Assembly (NCBI GenBank): GCA_965228855.1
Contig: CBDDIJ010000002.1
Location: forward strand, 2,208,001 to 2,272,000
Source: Candidatus Obscuribacterales bacterium
Lineage (GTDB): Bacteria > Cyanobacteriota > Vampirovibrionia > Obscuribacterales > Obscuribacteraceae
Length of the DNA: 64,000 nt
Direction: 5' to 3'
Shown here: one piece after another, positions 38,760-49,093 of the stretch
Position numbering within the stretch: position 1 is the stretch's first letter
Layout of the letters: the number at the start of each line of letters is the position of its first letter
Translations under genes and position numbers: made by a program
Notes under the pieces: model-generated
Told to the model about the DNA's origin: nothing
Databases searched by the model: none
Seen by the model: the letters and a program-made list of their open reading frames with translations, nothing else

Positions 38760-40461
38760 CTTCTTCTACAGCTGGCTTGATTTCTTGTCGTGGAGCGGGT
38801 TGAACTGATTGCTGCGCCATCGCGTCGGCAAGGGGATGACCTTCCGCATCAGATGGTGCCTCGATTCCGAGCAGTGCCGCGATTGTCGATGAGATGTCTG
38901 CGGGCGAGACGCTCGCACCGTATCTTCCTGGTTTCACACCAGCACCGTAAAGAAGAAGCGGCACTTGTGTGTCGTATGAGAATGGCGAACCATATCCGGT
39001 GCCGTTCGATTCGCTGGTGAATACGAAACCTGGTTTTGGCGTGACGTAGACTTCTCCGCTGCGTCCGAAGTAGTACGCTTTGCGCACCATATCAGCAATC
39101 GGACTGTTTGGTGGCTGGTTTGTGTAGAGCTGCCAGGCCGTGAACACTTCGCCGATACCTGGCACAGAATGCGCGATTCTGCCTACCAATGATTCTACAT
39201 CAGGTTGACGCAGTTTTTGTTTGTCAATTGCATCCAGGTTGAGGTAAAGGTTTGGAGGATCGAAAGAGTCGATCCAGTCTTCTTGTCCCAGCTGCGAATC
39301 GAGCTTCGAATCGAGATAAGTAGTGAAGATTTTCGGATCGATGCGACCGGCGTCCAGACCACGTTCTTTTGAGAACTCAGGAATGGCAGGGCTTCCGTGA
39401 GTGGCAGTGAAAATGATCGTGGTTTTGTTGAAGCCAACCTTTTCATTGATGTATTGAAACAGTTGAGCGAGGCTCTGGTCCATTCTGAGCACGAGATCTT
39501 CGGTTTCCTGACTGTACGGTCCGAACGCCTGGGTAAGTTTTTCACCGGCGTTTAAACTCAGTACGAGCAAATCCGGATCCGGATGCTGCCCTAAGAATTC
39601 CTTCTCGACAGCCTCTCTGGCAAACTCAAGAGCAACCTGGTTAGCGAAAGGCGAGTTCACAAATGGCTCGTAGTAGTCCTGGTTTGCAGACTGTGAGCCA
39701 GCTTGAATCACGTGCGGAAAGATTTTACCGTCTCCAGGACCGGAGCGCTCATAGGGGTAGTCGTCCTTAGTCGAAGCTGCATACTGGTTTTCCGGCAACA
39801 ATCGCTGCCACGGTTTTCCAAGATACTTTTCTCCGGGATGCGTATCGTTAAACGCTTTCACCCAACCGGTAAGTGTTCTGCCGTATTTAGCGGAAGTGAC
39901 GAAATTACCTGTCTTAGGATCGATCCAGTACGCGCTGTTTGCCAGGCGGCCAGTGAGTAACAGGGACGCATCTTCGGAAGTACCGATGGTGAATACCTTG
40001 CTCCGTCCGTTGGTTGCAAGTTTCATTTGATCGCCGATGGTTGTGCCCGAGAGTTTGCAACTGCCGGCTGTGCCATTCGCGCCGACCAATTCGGCATCGT
40101 CGTTGGTGGCGGATGTCGCGCCTTTCTTGCTGCGGCTGTACCAGCTGTTGCCGACTACTGCCGTATGCCAGGGATGGGCTCCCGACGAGATTATGCTCGC
40201 TCCGACAGACGAATGCGTGGTCGCGCATTTGTAGAAGCAACTCGGATATTGCGCGCCTTGTTCCAGCAAGAGGCGCAATCCGCCAGATTGAAACTTATCC
40301 CTATATCTCGCCAGGAAGTTTTGGGGAAACTGGTCGGCGACAACCAGGACTACTAAGCTGGGTCTGCCGCTTTCCTGCGCCTGGACGGGAAGTTGAGGCC
40401 CCATCAGGAAGCAAAGGCTGAGAAACGAAAGGAATACTTTTTGAACTAACTTTGAGGTCAT
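38731..40461 (-). CDS. Exported alkaline-phosphatase-superfamily (PafA-like) protein with degenerate active site
   Basis: LVVLVVADQ, YWID...G.FVTS, SPFAN, HGSP-like and YDTQVPLLLYG blocks. Confidence 0.85.
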   Translation of the reverse strand: MTSKLVQKVFLSFLSLCFLMGPQLPVQAQESGRPSLVVLVVADQFPQNFLARYRDKFQSGGLRLLLEQGAQYPSCFYKCATTHSSVGASIISSGAHPWHTAVVGNSWYSRSKKGATSATNDDAELVGANGTAGSCKLSGTTIGDQMKLATNGRSKVFTIGTSEDASLLLTGRLANSAYWIDPKTGNFVTSAKYGRTLTGWVKAFNDTHPGEKYLGKPWQRLLPENQYAASTKDDYPYERSGPGDGKIFPHVIQAGSQSANQDYYEPFVNSPFANQVALEFAREAVEKEFLGQHPDPDLLVLSLNAGEKLTQAFGPYSQETEDLVLRMDQSLAQLFQYINEKVGFNKTTIIFTATHGSPAIPEFSKERGLDAGRIDPKIFTTYLDSKLDSQLGQEDWIDSFDPPNLYLNLDAIDKQKLRQPDVESLVGRIAHSVPGIGEVFTAWQLYTNQPPNSPIADMVRKAYYFGRSGEVYVTPKPGFVFTSESNGTGYGSPFSYDTQVPLLLYGAGVKPGRYGASVSPADISSTIAALLGIEAPSDAEGHPLADAMAQQSVQPAPRQEIKPAVEEDDRNKRKRK

Positions 40462-40761
40462 GGTAAAGAATTTGCGCGCGGATGCTGTCAAGGTGTCCCT
40501 CCCTGGGTCAAGCTAAGGCTATGTCGAGCCTTGGTTGCGATGGATTTGCATCGCTTGAGACCATGTATTTTACTTGGTTTTTGTTCGAGTTTTCAGCGGC
40601 TTGACAGGCTGAATTCACTTCAAATTACTTTGTGAAAGCGTGCATTTAAGCTATCGCCTTGATATCTTTGTTGTGTCTCGCGGCTGATTCTGTGTCGTTT
40701 CGTTAAATGACATGCGTCACCTGTCTATTTGAATCGCCGCACTAGTGGAGAAAGAACCGTC

Positions 40762-41202
40762 ATGAGTGAAAGTACCACCTTGATCAAAAAAGCTGTATTA
40801 ACCAGCGTTGGAGCCACTTCTAATCTCGATCGCATTAAAAACGCCCTTAACGATGCAATGCAAGATCTTGTCAAGATCGGTCAGGATCTCGTTGATGAGC
40901 TCGAAGAGCAAGGCAAAATCAAAGCCGATAACGCTCAATCCTTCCTGCGCGGACTTCAAGACGAAGCGACCAAGAAAACCGGTCAAATCGAAAAGAAAGT
41001 AACAGAGAAGGTTCAAGAGAAGGCCAAAGACTTCGGATTCGTCTCGAGAGAAGAATATGAAGAGCTGATCGAGCGCATTGAAGCAATCGAAAAAGCAAAT
41101 GGTTTGCAACCTCCGGCTCAAGATGAGTCGAAGAAAGCAGGCAAGAACAAAAAATCGAAGAAAGAAGAATCCGGCGAAAACAACAACGAAAGCGCCGAAT
41201 AG
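40762..41202 (+). CDS. Phasin-like (PHA granule-associated) protein
   Basis: LIKKAVLTSVG, LVDELEEQG, FVSREEYEELIERIEAIE; GGAG RBS. Confidence 0.65.
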   Translation: MSESTTLIKKAVLTSVGATSNLDRIKNALNDAMQDLVKIGQDLVDELEEQGKIKADNAQSFLRGLQDEATKKTGQIEKKVTEKVQEKAKDFGFVSREEYEELIERIEAIEKANGLQPPAQDESKKAGKNKKSKKEESGENNNESAE

Positions 41203-41233
41203 TTCTCGAACGATTTAGTTGATTCGAATTTTG

Positions 41234-41268
41234 AAACCAGTTGTCCGTCAGCCGGACAGCTGGTTTTT
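41234..41268 (+). terminator. Intrinsic terminator
   Basis: AAACCAGTTGTCCG-TCAGC-CGGACAGCTGGTTTTT. Confidence 0.8.
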
Positions 41269-41319
41269 CATTACTTGCGTTGTTTTGAATGACTGGAAAC
41301 GGAATGATTGGAAACGAGG

Positions 41320-43815
41320 CTACATGAGCTCCACCGGTACAGGCGGAATCTGAGGTGTCATCAGACGTTTATTCGGATCCGTTATATATGCGCCCGCCGG
41401 CATGCCTTCGATTCGAGGAAGAGGACGCCGGAGTTGAAACTCGACAGCAAGCGAATTTGTGCTATCCAGCGGGGGCTGGAAGCGCCGCTCCCATGACGTA
41501 TTCGCCGGACCGGCAATGGGGCGGCCTCGGCCTGTTTCATGAAATACCAGGTCGCGCATGACTACCGACCAAACTACATCCTGAGTAGCACCGGTAGTGG
41601 TGGCGGATTTTGCGTAATAGAACGCCTGGTCTTCAGATACCGGGCTTCCCGAAAATGGATACTCCGACGCCGTGTGCAGTTGCGCGCTCTTTCGGGAATG
41701 CAGTTCCCTGGAATCGATAAGTACCGTGAGTGGTGCCATGTCATCTATGAGTCCGACTTTTGAAATGGTTTCATCCAAACTTCTATTGTTGATGGTCGCG
41801 TCGATTGTTGCTACAAGGTCTTTGGCCGGAACGAGCACAGGTCGCTGTTTTTGAAACCAGGGCGAGACCTTGCCAGGGTCGAATTGACTGTCGGTAGCTG
41901 CCCATGATGCCGCTTCGAAAAACTGTAACTCCTTAACTGGATCTTCGATGGGGAGGAAGATTGTTTTTCTTCCGATAAGAAACCCATTGGTCGGTGCATC
42001 GAACGTGTGCAGACCGTTTCGCAGGACGGTGAAGGTCGTGGCGCAAAGCTCGTAGGTTCTTGCGCTGCACCGGTCGCCATTTTGTAAAACCAGGCGAGCC
42101 AGTTCGTTGATGTAACGCAGCTGTTCTTTTCGATTGTCGATCGCATGGCAGGATGTTTTAAGTTCGGCAATTGCTTGTTCGCTCTTACGCATCTGAGTCT
42201 CAATCTTGGCTGTCTCATCCTTTGAGTTGGTCGCATGACTTTTGATGCTCTGCGCTGATAGCGCGCGCGACCAGGCTGCCAGTTCTTGCCGCTTAATCGA
42301 TAATTTCAGTTCGAGTTCCCGGTTCTCTATTGCGCATTGTTTTCGGACAAGCTTTGCTGTCGCCATCGATTCGAGGGCTGCCAGATTCGTAGAATAAACC
42401 GCCGTGAGATACCGCCCGATCAGGTCCGCATCGAAGCCTTTACGTCCGGACAGGTTGAGATTCCCGGCGCGGTCCACGAACAACGGCATCGCGCTTTGCG
42501 GATACTCTTCCAGGCGGCCGGGATATTCGAAGCACTGTTCGATAGCCTTCTGGCTTTCGCTGTGCGCCCTTGTCGTCTTTGCGAAACTATGTTCTCGTGC
42601 TCCGGTGTCAGCCACCAGGCAGCTGTTGACCGGTGCCGTGGCTGTCTCTGAATCGCCCAGTTGTTTCGGTTGTGGGAGCGGAATTTCTTGATGCAGTGCT
42701 TTAAGAACCGCTTGAGGATCTGGTGCCGGTCGAAGGTGTCTTATCCAGTGATAAATTCCGATTGCAAGAGCATCGTTCGGTTTCATCGTCGGTAAAACGG
42801 GATCGATCGTCAGTTTGAGTTCCCCGTTTCCAGGCACGGCTCCTCCCCACGCTTGCTGCCAGTTGCCGGAATTTATCCATTTGGATTTGTTTAGAAACTG
42901 AGAAGGGCTGCTAAAGCTCTGGGGGAGACCCTGAGGAAAGCGAAACAACAGACAAGTCGGCACCGCTGGTGGTGCAGTGCCGCCAAGAAGAGCGCATAAC
43001 TTGCGAACTTTGAAGACCGATCGTGTGTTTGTGGAACCTCTTGGTTCGTATTTGATTTCGAGTAGCACCGCATTTGGTAGCGCCCCTTCTGCGGCTTCAA
43101 TGAAGTTATTGGGCTCGACAACGGTTACTCGATTCGCATAAGGATAAAATCGGACGACTCGATCTTTCGTGACCGGTACAGGAAAATCCGCTTTGAAATA
43201 ACCGTTTTCTGCAAAGGTTTCGCCAAGTTCCGACTCCGGAAGCTCGTTGGTTCGCTGCAGTTTTGAATCTGAATACCGGCCCAGTCGAATTGTGAGGGCA
43301 ACGGTTTTCAAATCGGTCGGATCTTTTGCTTGCAGGGCTTTCAAAACACCGGCATGGAGAGATGTTTGAGCATCGGGGGCATTCTCGGTCGGCGTTGCCA
43401 CCGCAGCAAACATTTTCTGAACCAGGCGTTTCTCGACGACGTCGAGAGCATTCAGGTCTTGAACGATCTGCTGTTCCTGACTGGAGCTTCCCAGGGTGCT
43501 TGCCACCACGCCGGCCGCGTGCAGGCTCGCCTTTGCCGCATTTAGCGAAGTCGTTCTGTGAGGTTCTATGCCATATCCGTGACGATTTTCGATGGCTGTG
43601 TCACAAAGGGTTATGTGACCGAAACTGCTGTGTGTTTCGGTTATCGCAAGCAGTCGATTCGCAATTGCAGTCGCTTGCTCCTTAACGGGGTCATCAACGC
43701 TTCTGTCGACGTTGAGCCGGCCCATGACCAGGATATAAACGGCAATCAAAATCCCGGTGGTCATGGATGCCACCACAACATGCCACATAGGATAATCGCT
43801 TTTTGTGGTCGTCAC
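41320..43815 (-). CDS. Membrane-anchored hypothetical protein, distant paralogue of the Tad-like protein at 10458-12188, with coiled-coil insert
   Basis: 831 aa, N-terminal TM, colinear motif matches (see findings). Confidence 0.75.
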   Translation of the reverse strand: MTTTKSDYPMWHVVVASMTTGILIAVYILVMGRLNVDRSVDDPVKEQATAIANRLLAITETHSSFGHITLCDTAIENRHGYGIEPHRTTSLNAAKASLHAAGVVASTLGSSSQEQQIVQDLNALDVVEKRLVQKMFAAVATPTENAPDAQTSLHAGVLKALQAKDPTDLKTVALTIRLGRYSDSKLQRTNELPESELGETFAENGYFKADFPVPVTKDRVVRFYPYANRVTVVEPNNFIEAAEGALPNAVLLEIKYEPRGSTNTRSVFKVRKLCALLGGTAPPAVPTCLLFRFPQGLPQSFSSPSQFLNKSKWINSGNWQQAWGGAVPGNGELKLTIDPVLPTMKPNDALAIGIYHWIRHLRPAPDPQAVLKALHQEIPLPQPKQLGDSETATAPVNSCLVADTGAREHSFAKTTRAHSESQKAIEQCFEYPGRLEEYPQSAMPLFVDRAGNLNLSGRKGFDADLIGRYLTAVYSTNLAALESMATAKLVRKQCAIENRELELKLSIKRQELAAWSRALSAQSIKSHATNSKDETAKIETQMRKSEQAIAELKTSCHAIDNRKEQLRYINELARLVLQNGDRCSARTYELCATTFTVLRNGLHTFDAPTNGFLIGRKTIFLPIEDPVKELQFFEAASWAATDSQFDPGKVSPWFQKQRPVLVPAKDLVATIDATINNRSLDETISKVGLIDDMAPLTVLIDSRELHSRKSAQLHTASEYPFSGSPVSEDQAFYYAKSATTTGATQDVVWSVVMRDLVFHETGRGRPIAGPANTSWERRFQPPLDSTNSLAVEFQLRRPLPRIEGMPAGAYITDPNKRLMTPQIPPVPVELM

Positions 43816-43898
43816 CTTGTTGTAGATCCGAAAAGCTTGTCACAAATTGGGTTTGAACCACCGCACTACTGGATAATACCAGAGAACAGATGGCTTAA

Positions 43899-44957
43899 AT
43901 GGCTGCCACGTTTGGTACGATTCTTTTATCTGGAGAAGTGATTGTTTGGATGCTCAGCAAATGCGATTGGCCGCTAGTGAATAGCCTGGCGATTAAACAG
44001 ACGGCAAGAACGGCAGTGATTCTGTTGATGGCTTGCTCGGCTGCGACTGTATCAATTATCGGACTGCCCGCGCCATCGATTGCTCGAGAGGACGGTGAAG
44101 TTGAAATTCAAGATCCGAGTCTATTGATCGAGGAGCAATTGATTGATGAGGGATCGTTCTCTGCCGCTCGCGCTCGTCTAGATAAGCTGCAGGTTGAGCG
44201 CCCTGATGATGTAAACGTAAAAATTCTTGCTGCTCGTTTCTTCCGAAAGATTGGTCTCTGGTCTGTGGCTATCATGGAGTACGAGAAGGTCCGGCGCGTC
44301 AAACCAGAAATTGTAGAACCGTATATTGCGCTTTCCGAGATGCACAGGGAGAACCTGAGCACTGAGATCGCGCTTGCAATGGCTGAAGAAGCGGTCGCAC
44401 GCGCACCTCACTCGGTACGCGCCCGTGAGGCCTTGATTTCTGCTTTGATTGATAGTCACAACGTCGGTCAAGCGCAGGCGGAGCTACTGGCTCTTAGCAA
44501 GTCGCGTCCCACTGATCCTGATGTTCTCTATCTATCGTTCAAAGTTAAGAAGGCGCTTGGTGAGCTTGAACAGGCGCGAATCGATCTAGAAAAGGCGATG
44601 AAATTGAGTCCGAATAATGTCGCCTGGTATTTTGACCTTGCTGAAATTTATGAAGACACAGGCGATTATCAACAAGCGCGTGCCACCATCGGAAAGTATA
44701 TCGAGGCTTCTCCGGACTCTACGCGAGCACTGGCTAAACTGGCGGAAATACTGGAATTTCGCTTGTACGACCTTGACGGTGCAAAACAGGTTTACGATCG
44801 AATACTGGTAATCGAACCTGACAATCAGTCGGCCCTGGCCGGCAAAGACCGGCTTCTGAAGAAGCGCAACGATCTTGCGTCCACGATTAAGAGAAACATC
44901 TACAAGCTCTTCTCGTTTATCGTCTCGATTTTCTCTTCGAATAGGGCTGCAGTTTGA
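43899..44957 (+). CDS. Exported TPR protein (start uncertain)
   Basis: Signal-like segment then repeated TPR motifs. Confidence 0.8.
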   Translation: MAATFGTILLSGEVIVWMLSKCDWPLVNSLAIKQTARTAVILLMACSAATVSIIGLPAPSIAREDGEVEIQDPSLLIEEQLIDEGSFSAARARLDKLQVERPDDVNVKILAARFFRKIGLWSVAIMEYEKVRRVKPEIVEPYIALSEMHRENLSTEIALAMAEEAVARAPHSVRAREALISALIDSHNVGQAQAELLALSKSRPTDPDVLYLSFKVKKALGELEQARIDLEKAMKLSPNNVAWYFDLAEIYEDTGDYQQARATIGKYIEASPDSTRALAKLAEILEFRLYDLDGAKQVYDRILVIEPDNQSALAGKDRLLKKRNDLASTIKRNIYKLFSFIVSIFSSNRAAV

Positions 44958-45021
44958 GACCGGCTTATGCCCGTTCTGACCAGTGAGAGAACTGAGAATC
45001 GCACCATGTCGCGCGCCTGAC

Positions 45022-45048
45022 AAAACGGGCGACTCGAAAGTCGCCCGT
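45022..45048 (-). terminator. Terminator after purA
   Basis: ACGGGCGACT-CGAA-AGTCGCCCGT hairpin with T4 on the minus strand, between convergent genes. Confidence 0.75.
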
Positions 45049-45070
45049 CAAAGTTTTATTTTGAAGTGGA

Positions 45071-46402
45071 CTAAACAGCCGTTGTTGGTTTGCTCAGTAC
45101 GCGCTTCGGTCCGTGAATCGGATCTTCGATTACGACTGTGTTGTCGCGGTTCGGTCCGACACTGACGATAGCGATCGGAATGTCCAATTCTTTTGCGATG
45201 AAGTTCAAATAAGCTTTTGCCTGTTCCGGAAGATCCGCGAACTTCTTGCAGTCGGTGGTCGGCTTCAACCAGCCTTTCAGAGTGGTGTATACCGGTTCCA
45301 TTTGTTTGTAGCGGCTGCCGATTGTTGGCATGTCGGTGAATGTTTCGCCGGTCACACGATCGCGGTAGTGCGTGCAGACCTGCAGTTCTTCGAAGCCATC
45401 GAGAACGTCCAGCTTCGTGATGGCGAGGCAATCGAGACCATTGATGCGAACTGCATATCTGCCGATCACAGCATCGAACCAACCGCAACGTCTTGGACGA
45501 CCAGTCGTCGTGCCGACTTCAGCGCCGACTTCTCTGATCTTCTGACCGAACGAATCGGTCAATTCCGTTGGGAACGGACCTTCGCCTACGCGGGTGACAT
45601 AAGCTTTCATGACGCCGATTACACGGTCGACGCTAGTCGGTCCGACGCCGGTTCCGGTGCATGCGCCGCCGGCGGCAGGACTGGAGCTGGTTACGTAAGG
45701 ATAGGTTCCATGATCGAGGTCGAGGAGAGTTCCCTGTGCGCCTTCGAAAAGGATGTTTTTACGATCGCCGACCGCTTCGAAGATCAAGGCCGCGGTGTCG
45801 GTTACGTATTTCTTGATCTTCTGACCGAGTTCATAGTACTCGTTCAGAATCTCTTCCGCATTCAATGGCGGCAAGTTGTAGATGCGCTCCAGAAGTACGT
45901 TTTTGCGGGGCACCATCCAGTCGAGTTTCGCTTTTAGTACTTCGCGATCGAGCAAGTCTTCCATGCGAATACCGGAGCGGGCGCATTTGTCAGCGTAGGT
46001 CGGTCCGATTCCGCGTTTGGTCGTACCGATTTTCTGATCTCCACGGCTGTCTTCTTCTGCCGCATCGATGGCTAGGTGATAGGGCATCGTGACGTGCGCT
46101 GCCGATGAGATTTTCAGGTTGGCGTCTTCCAGACCGCGCTCTTTCAACGCTTCGATTTCGGCTATGAAGGATTTCGGGTCGATTACCATTCCAGGACCGA
46201 GAATGCAGATTTTGCCGGTGTAGATAATTCCGGACGGAATCAAGTGAAATTTATATGTTTCACCATTAGCTACAACCGTGTGACCAGCGTTTGCGCCGCC
46301 CTGATAGCGAACAACGATGTCAGCATTTCTGGCTAACAAGTCAGTTACTTTTGCCTTGCCCTCATCACCGAATTGGGCACCGACTACAATTACGTTTGCC
46401 AA
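45071..46402 (-). CDS. purA: Adenylosuccinate synthetase
   Basis: [43 protein letters not shown] start. Confidence 0.98.
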   Translation of the reverse strand: MANVIVVGAQFGDEGKAKVTDLLARNADIVVRYQGGANAGHTVVANGETYKFHLIPSGIIYTGKICILGPGMVIDPKSFIAEIEALKERGLEDANLKISSAAHVTMPYHLAIDAAEEDSRGDQKIGTTKRGIGPTYADKCARSGIRMEDLLDREVLKAKLDWMVPRKNVLLERIYNLPPLNAEEILNEYYELGQKIKKYVTDTAALIFEAVGDRKNILFEGAQGTLLDLDHGTYPYVTSSSPAAGGACTGTGVGPTSVDRVIGVMKAYVTRVGEGPFPTELTDSFGQKIREVGAEVGTTTGRPRRCGWFDAVIGRYAVRINGLDCLAITKLDVLDGFEELQVCTHYRDRVTGETFTDMPTIGSRYKQMEPVYTTLKGWLKPTTDCKKFADLPEQAKAYLNFIAKELDIPIAIVSVGPNRDNTVVIEDPIHGPKRVLSKPTTAV

Positions 46403-46546
46403 AGCTATCTCTCCCGAGATTGGGTTGCCGACTGCATTGTTAGCGACAGGCGAAGAAGGCCGTTAAGGGACCCGGCAACTTAGACCGACAGGCACTCAAC
46501 ATCGCCGCACGAAAAGTCCATTCTTCAGACTTTCCAGAACCTGAAT

Positions 46547-46575
46547 AGTCTAGGCTACACGCCAAGAGCTGTCAA
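46547..46575 (-). promoter_or_regulatory. Sigma70 promoter for purA (about 138-nt leader)
   Basis: TTGACA-17-TAGACT. Confidence 0.65.
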
Positions 46576-46751
46576 TTTAATGCGCTTCTTTTTTGCGGGC
46601 TTATTAAGCAAAATCACGGGGGGATGAGCCTTTCGCCCCGGTCTATTAGAATTACTTACACTTGGTGAAACCGACGTCATCAAGTATGGGTGCCCGATTG
46701 TGTAATATAAAATCGATATCGATCGATGCTTCGCCTCTGAGTCTCCGCTCC

Positions 46752-47777
46752 ATGACAGTTGTATTTGACCAGGCCTTAACAAAGAGCCAGCCTCTCGTGA
46801 CGAAATTCTTCGTTTCTGCGATGGACCAGGGAAAACTGGCCCATGCCTACATTTTCGTCGGCGGTAATAATCGAGATAAATGGCTCACCGTGCGGCAGAT
46901 GGCGCTGTTTCTCAACTGTACCGATGGCGAGAAAGCCACTTCCGGAGCTTGCGGAATCAGAGAAATGGACGAAAGTAAGCGTTGCCAGAGTTGCCGCTGG
47001 ATTCGAGAAGGCAAGCATCCGCAAGCCTGGTTCGAACTAAAGGATCCTGACTCTACGACCACCATTATCCCTGTCGACCGTGCCCGTCAGATTTCGGCCG
47101 AGCTGTCGAAAACGTCTTCGTACAAGAGAGTTATCGTGGTCGAGGATGCCAGTCAGGAAGTGTTTCATAGACCGGCAGCCAATGCGCTTCTGAAAACCAT
47201 CGAGGAGCCAAGAGGTGTGTTGCTCTTTGCTTTTTTTGCGCGCTCCGTTGAGCAGGTTTTACCAACAATCGTCAGTCGTTGCCAGATAGTGCCGTTTCGC
47301 CGTGATGGCGAAGAGTTGGTCGGGCCAATCGCACTCACAAGCCAGGGAAGCAAGGAAGTTCTCTCACGGGCGTTGGCTGAACACCGAGAGCTGGTGCCGC
47401 TTGTTGCATCCATGAAAGACCGAAAGTTTTTCGAGTGGTCGAAGTCGCGCACAAGCAGGACCTACGGACACCATTCCGAAGGGGAGTCTGAACATGCGAT
47501 CGCGGTTGCAGACGCACTCGATTTCGGAAAGATGATCACCGACCTGATCGACCACGATCACGATAGTGATGCGGTAATCGACGGCGCTGTTTTGACAGAG
47601 GTCGAAATTATCGGAAACCGCGCAATAAAAGAGCCGGGTATGAGTGCTTATCTGCGAGATTTGTTGAAACTCTCGGAGGAGGCGAAAACGCACTTGCGAC
47701 GCTATGTCGGAAAGAAGGCGGCGATCGATTGTTTCGTTATCGACTGGACGAACTTGAGAAGCAAGACAAGAGCGTAG
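46752..47777 (+). CDS. holB: DNA polymerase III delta-prime subunit
   Basis: LAHAYIFVG, Cys cluster C..CG..CQSC, HP, AANALLKTIEEP, LPTIVSRCQ. Confidence 0.85.
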   Translation: MTVVFDQALTKSQPLVTKFFVSAMDQGKLAHAYIFVGGNNRDKWLTVRQMALFLNCTDGEKATSGACGIREMDESKRCQSCRWIREGKHPQAWFELKDPDSTTTIIPVDRARQISAELSKTSSYKRVIVVEDASQEVFHRPAANALLKTIEEPRGVLLFAFFARSVEQVLPTIVSRCQIVPFRRDGEELVGPIALTSQGSKEVLSRALAEHRELVPLVASMKDRKFFEWSKSRTSRTYGHHSEGESEHAIAVADALDFGKMITDLIDHDHDSDAVIDGAVLTEVEIIGNRAIKEPGMSAYLRDLLKLSEEAKTHLRRYVGKKAAIDCFVIDWTNLRSKTRA

Positions 47778-47857
47778 TTAAGATCTAGTTTTAGTATCAT
47801 GATTCTGGGAAGGTAATTCGTATGAATTGCCACGCGGATTTTCAGGAGGACTAGAAC

Positions 47858-49018
47858 TTGGCTAAAGGCAAAGGTGAGGATTCACCACCAGCAGCACCCA
47901 ACCTCGTCAAAGAGATTCTCTGCCCTCAATTATTTCTGGCAATGATCTGCGGCGGCGCTTTTGCATACACGGTCGCTCAGCCGCTCAGCATACCTACTGT
48001 GACTGCTCCAGGAATCAAGAAAGCCGATGTGCCGGACCGCGGCGTCAGCCCATCCAACATCGACAATGACAAGATTTTCGCGCAGATAGACGCAGTCGAT
48101 GCGATGGTTTTGTTGAACAAAGGCGAAAAGGAAAAGGCTATTCAAGCCGCTCTTGAGATAGGGAAGAGTCGCGAGAAACGCAAGGACCCTGTTCAACTGC
48201 TGGCTGCAGGCTCAGTTCTTCTAACTTCGGATTCAAAACAATACAAATGGAAAGGCAATACGCTGCTCGAAAAGGCAGAGAGAGTCGCTCCGAAAAGTCG
48301 TTATGTAAAACTTGTGCGTGCGCGCGAGCTTTATAAGCAAGGCCGGATGCAAGATGCCATCGATGAATATCAAGCCTGCTTGAATTTGTCGCCGGAAGAC
48401 TGGGTTACTCCGCGGCTTGAACTCGCGAATTTATTCATGATGAACGAAGAAGGTTTGAAAGCCATCGATATGTTCAAGGAAGTCCTTCAGCTCAAGCCTG
48501 AAGATCCTCGCATATTGAAGCGCCTGGGTATAACGATGGCCGTCAACTCCGACCACAAAGGCGGTTTCGAGAAGTTTATCGAAGGTTCGAGAATCGAGTA
48601 CGACAAACCCGACTACAATGCCGAAGTTCAGACTCTGGTGGATAAGAACGCCGGACTCGTGGAAAGCGCTATCAACGACGCTCGCGCGGAAGTCGAAAAG
48701 AATCCGGACAGCGTGAAAAAGCGAATTACCCTCGCCCGTTTGCTCATATCTGTAAACCGCTTGAACCAGGCCAAAGAGCAGCTTGGTGAAGCGCAGAAAC
48801 GCCGCGAAACCGACCCGGAAATTCACGAAGTCCTGGCGGAGTGCAACTATCGAATGAAGCTGTCCGGAGATGCGGAAGCGGAATTTTCAACTACGGCACG
48901 GCTGGAGCCGCTCAACAAGCCTGCGGCACCATCAACCAAAGTGTATCTTCCGACCTGGGAAGATTTACACGAAGAGGAAGTGTTGGAAAAAGAGCCCGAT
49001 CCCAACGCGGATAAGTAA
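47858..49018 (+). CDS. Membrane-anchored TPR protein
   Basis: AGGAGG + TTG start; N-terminal hydrophobic segment; TPR repeats. Confidence 0.8.
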   Translation: MAKGKGEDSPPAAPNLVKEILCPQLFLAMICGGAFAYTVAQPLSIPTVTAPGIKKADVPDRGVSPSNIDNDKIFAQIDAVDAMVLLNKGEKEKAIQAALEIGKSREKRKDPVQLLAAGSVLLTSDSKQYKWKGNTLLEKAERVAPKSRYVKLVRARELYKQGRMQDAIDEYQACLNLSPEDWVTPRLELANLFMMNEEGLKAIDMFKEVLQLKPEDPRILKRLGITMAVNSDHKGGFEKFIEGSRIEYDKPDYNAEVQTLVDKNAGLVESAINDARAEVEKNPDSVKKRITLARLLISVNRLNQAKEQLGEAQKRRETDPEIHEVLAECNYRMKLSGDAEAEFSTTARLEPLNKPAAPSTKVYLPTWEDLHEEEVLEKEPDPNADK

Positions 49019-49052
49019 AGGCGAGAGCCTCTGTTCATCACGGTTTTCGAAT

Positions 49053-49081
49053 AACGCTCGCTTGACGAAGGCGAGCGTTTT
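49053..49081. terminator. Terminator between convergent genes
   Basis: AACGCTCGCTT-GACGA-AGGCGAGCGTT followed by TT. Confidence 0.65.
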
Positions 49082-49093
49082 ACTTCGTCGACA

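Noticed and set aside
45113..45937. 274-aa ORF antisense to purA, and similar ORFs opposite rplA, rplK, nusG, pyrG and the 1002-aa gene
   Set aside because: Shadow ORFs explained by codon bias of the real genes; no recognisable motifs.
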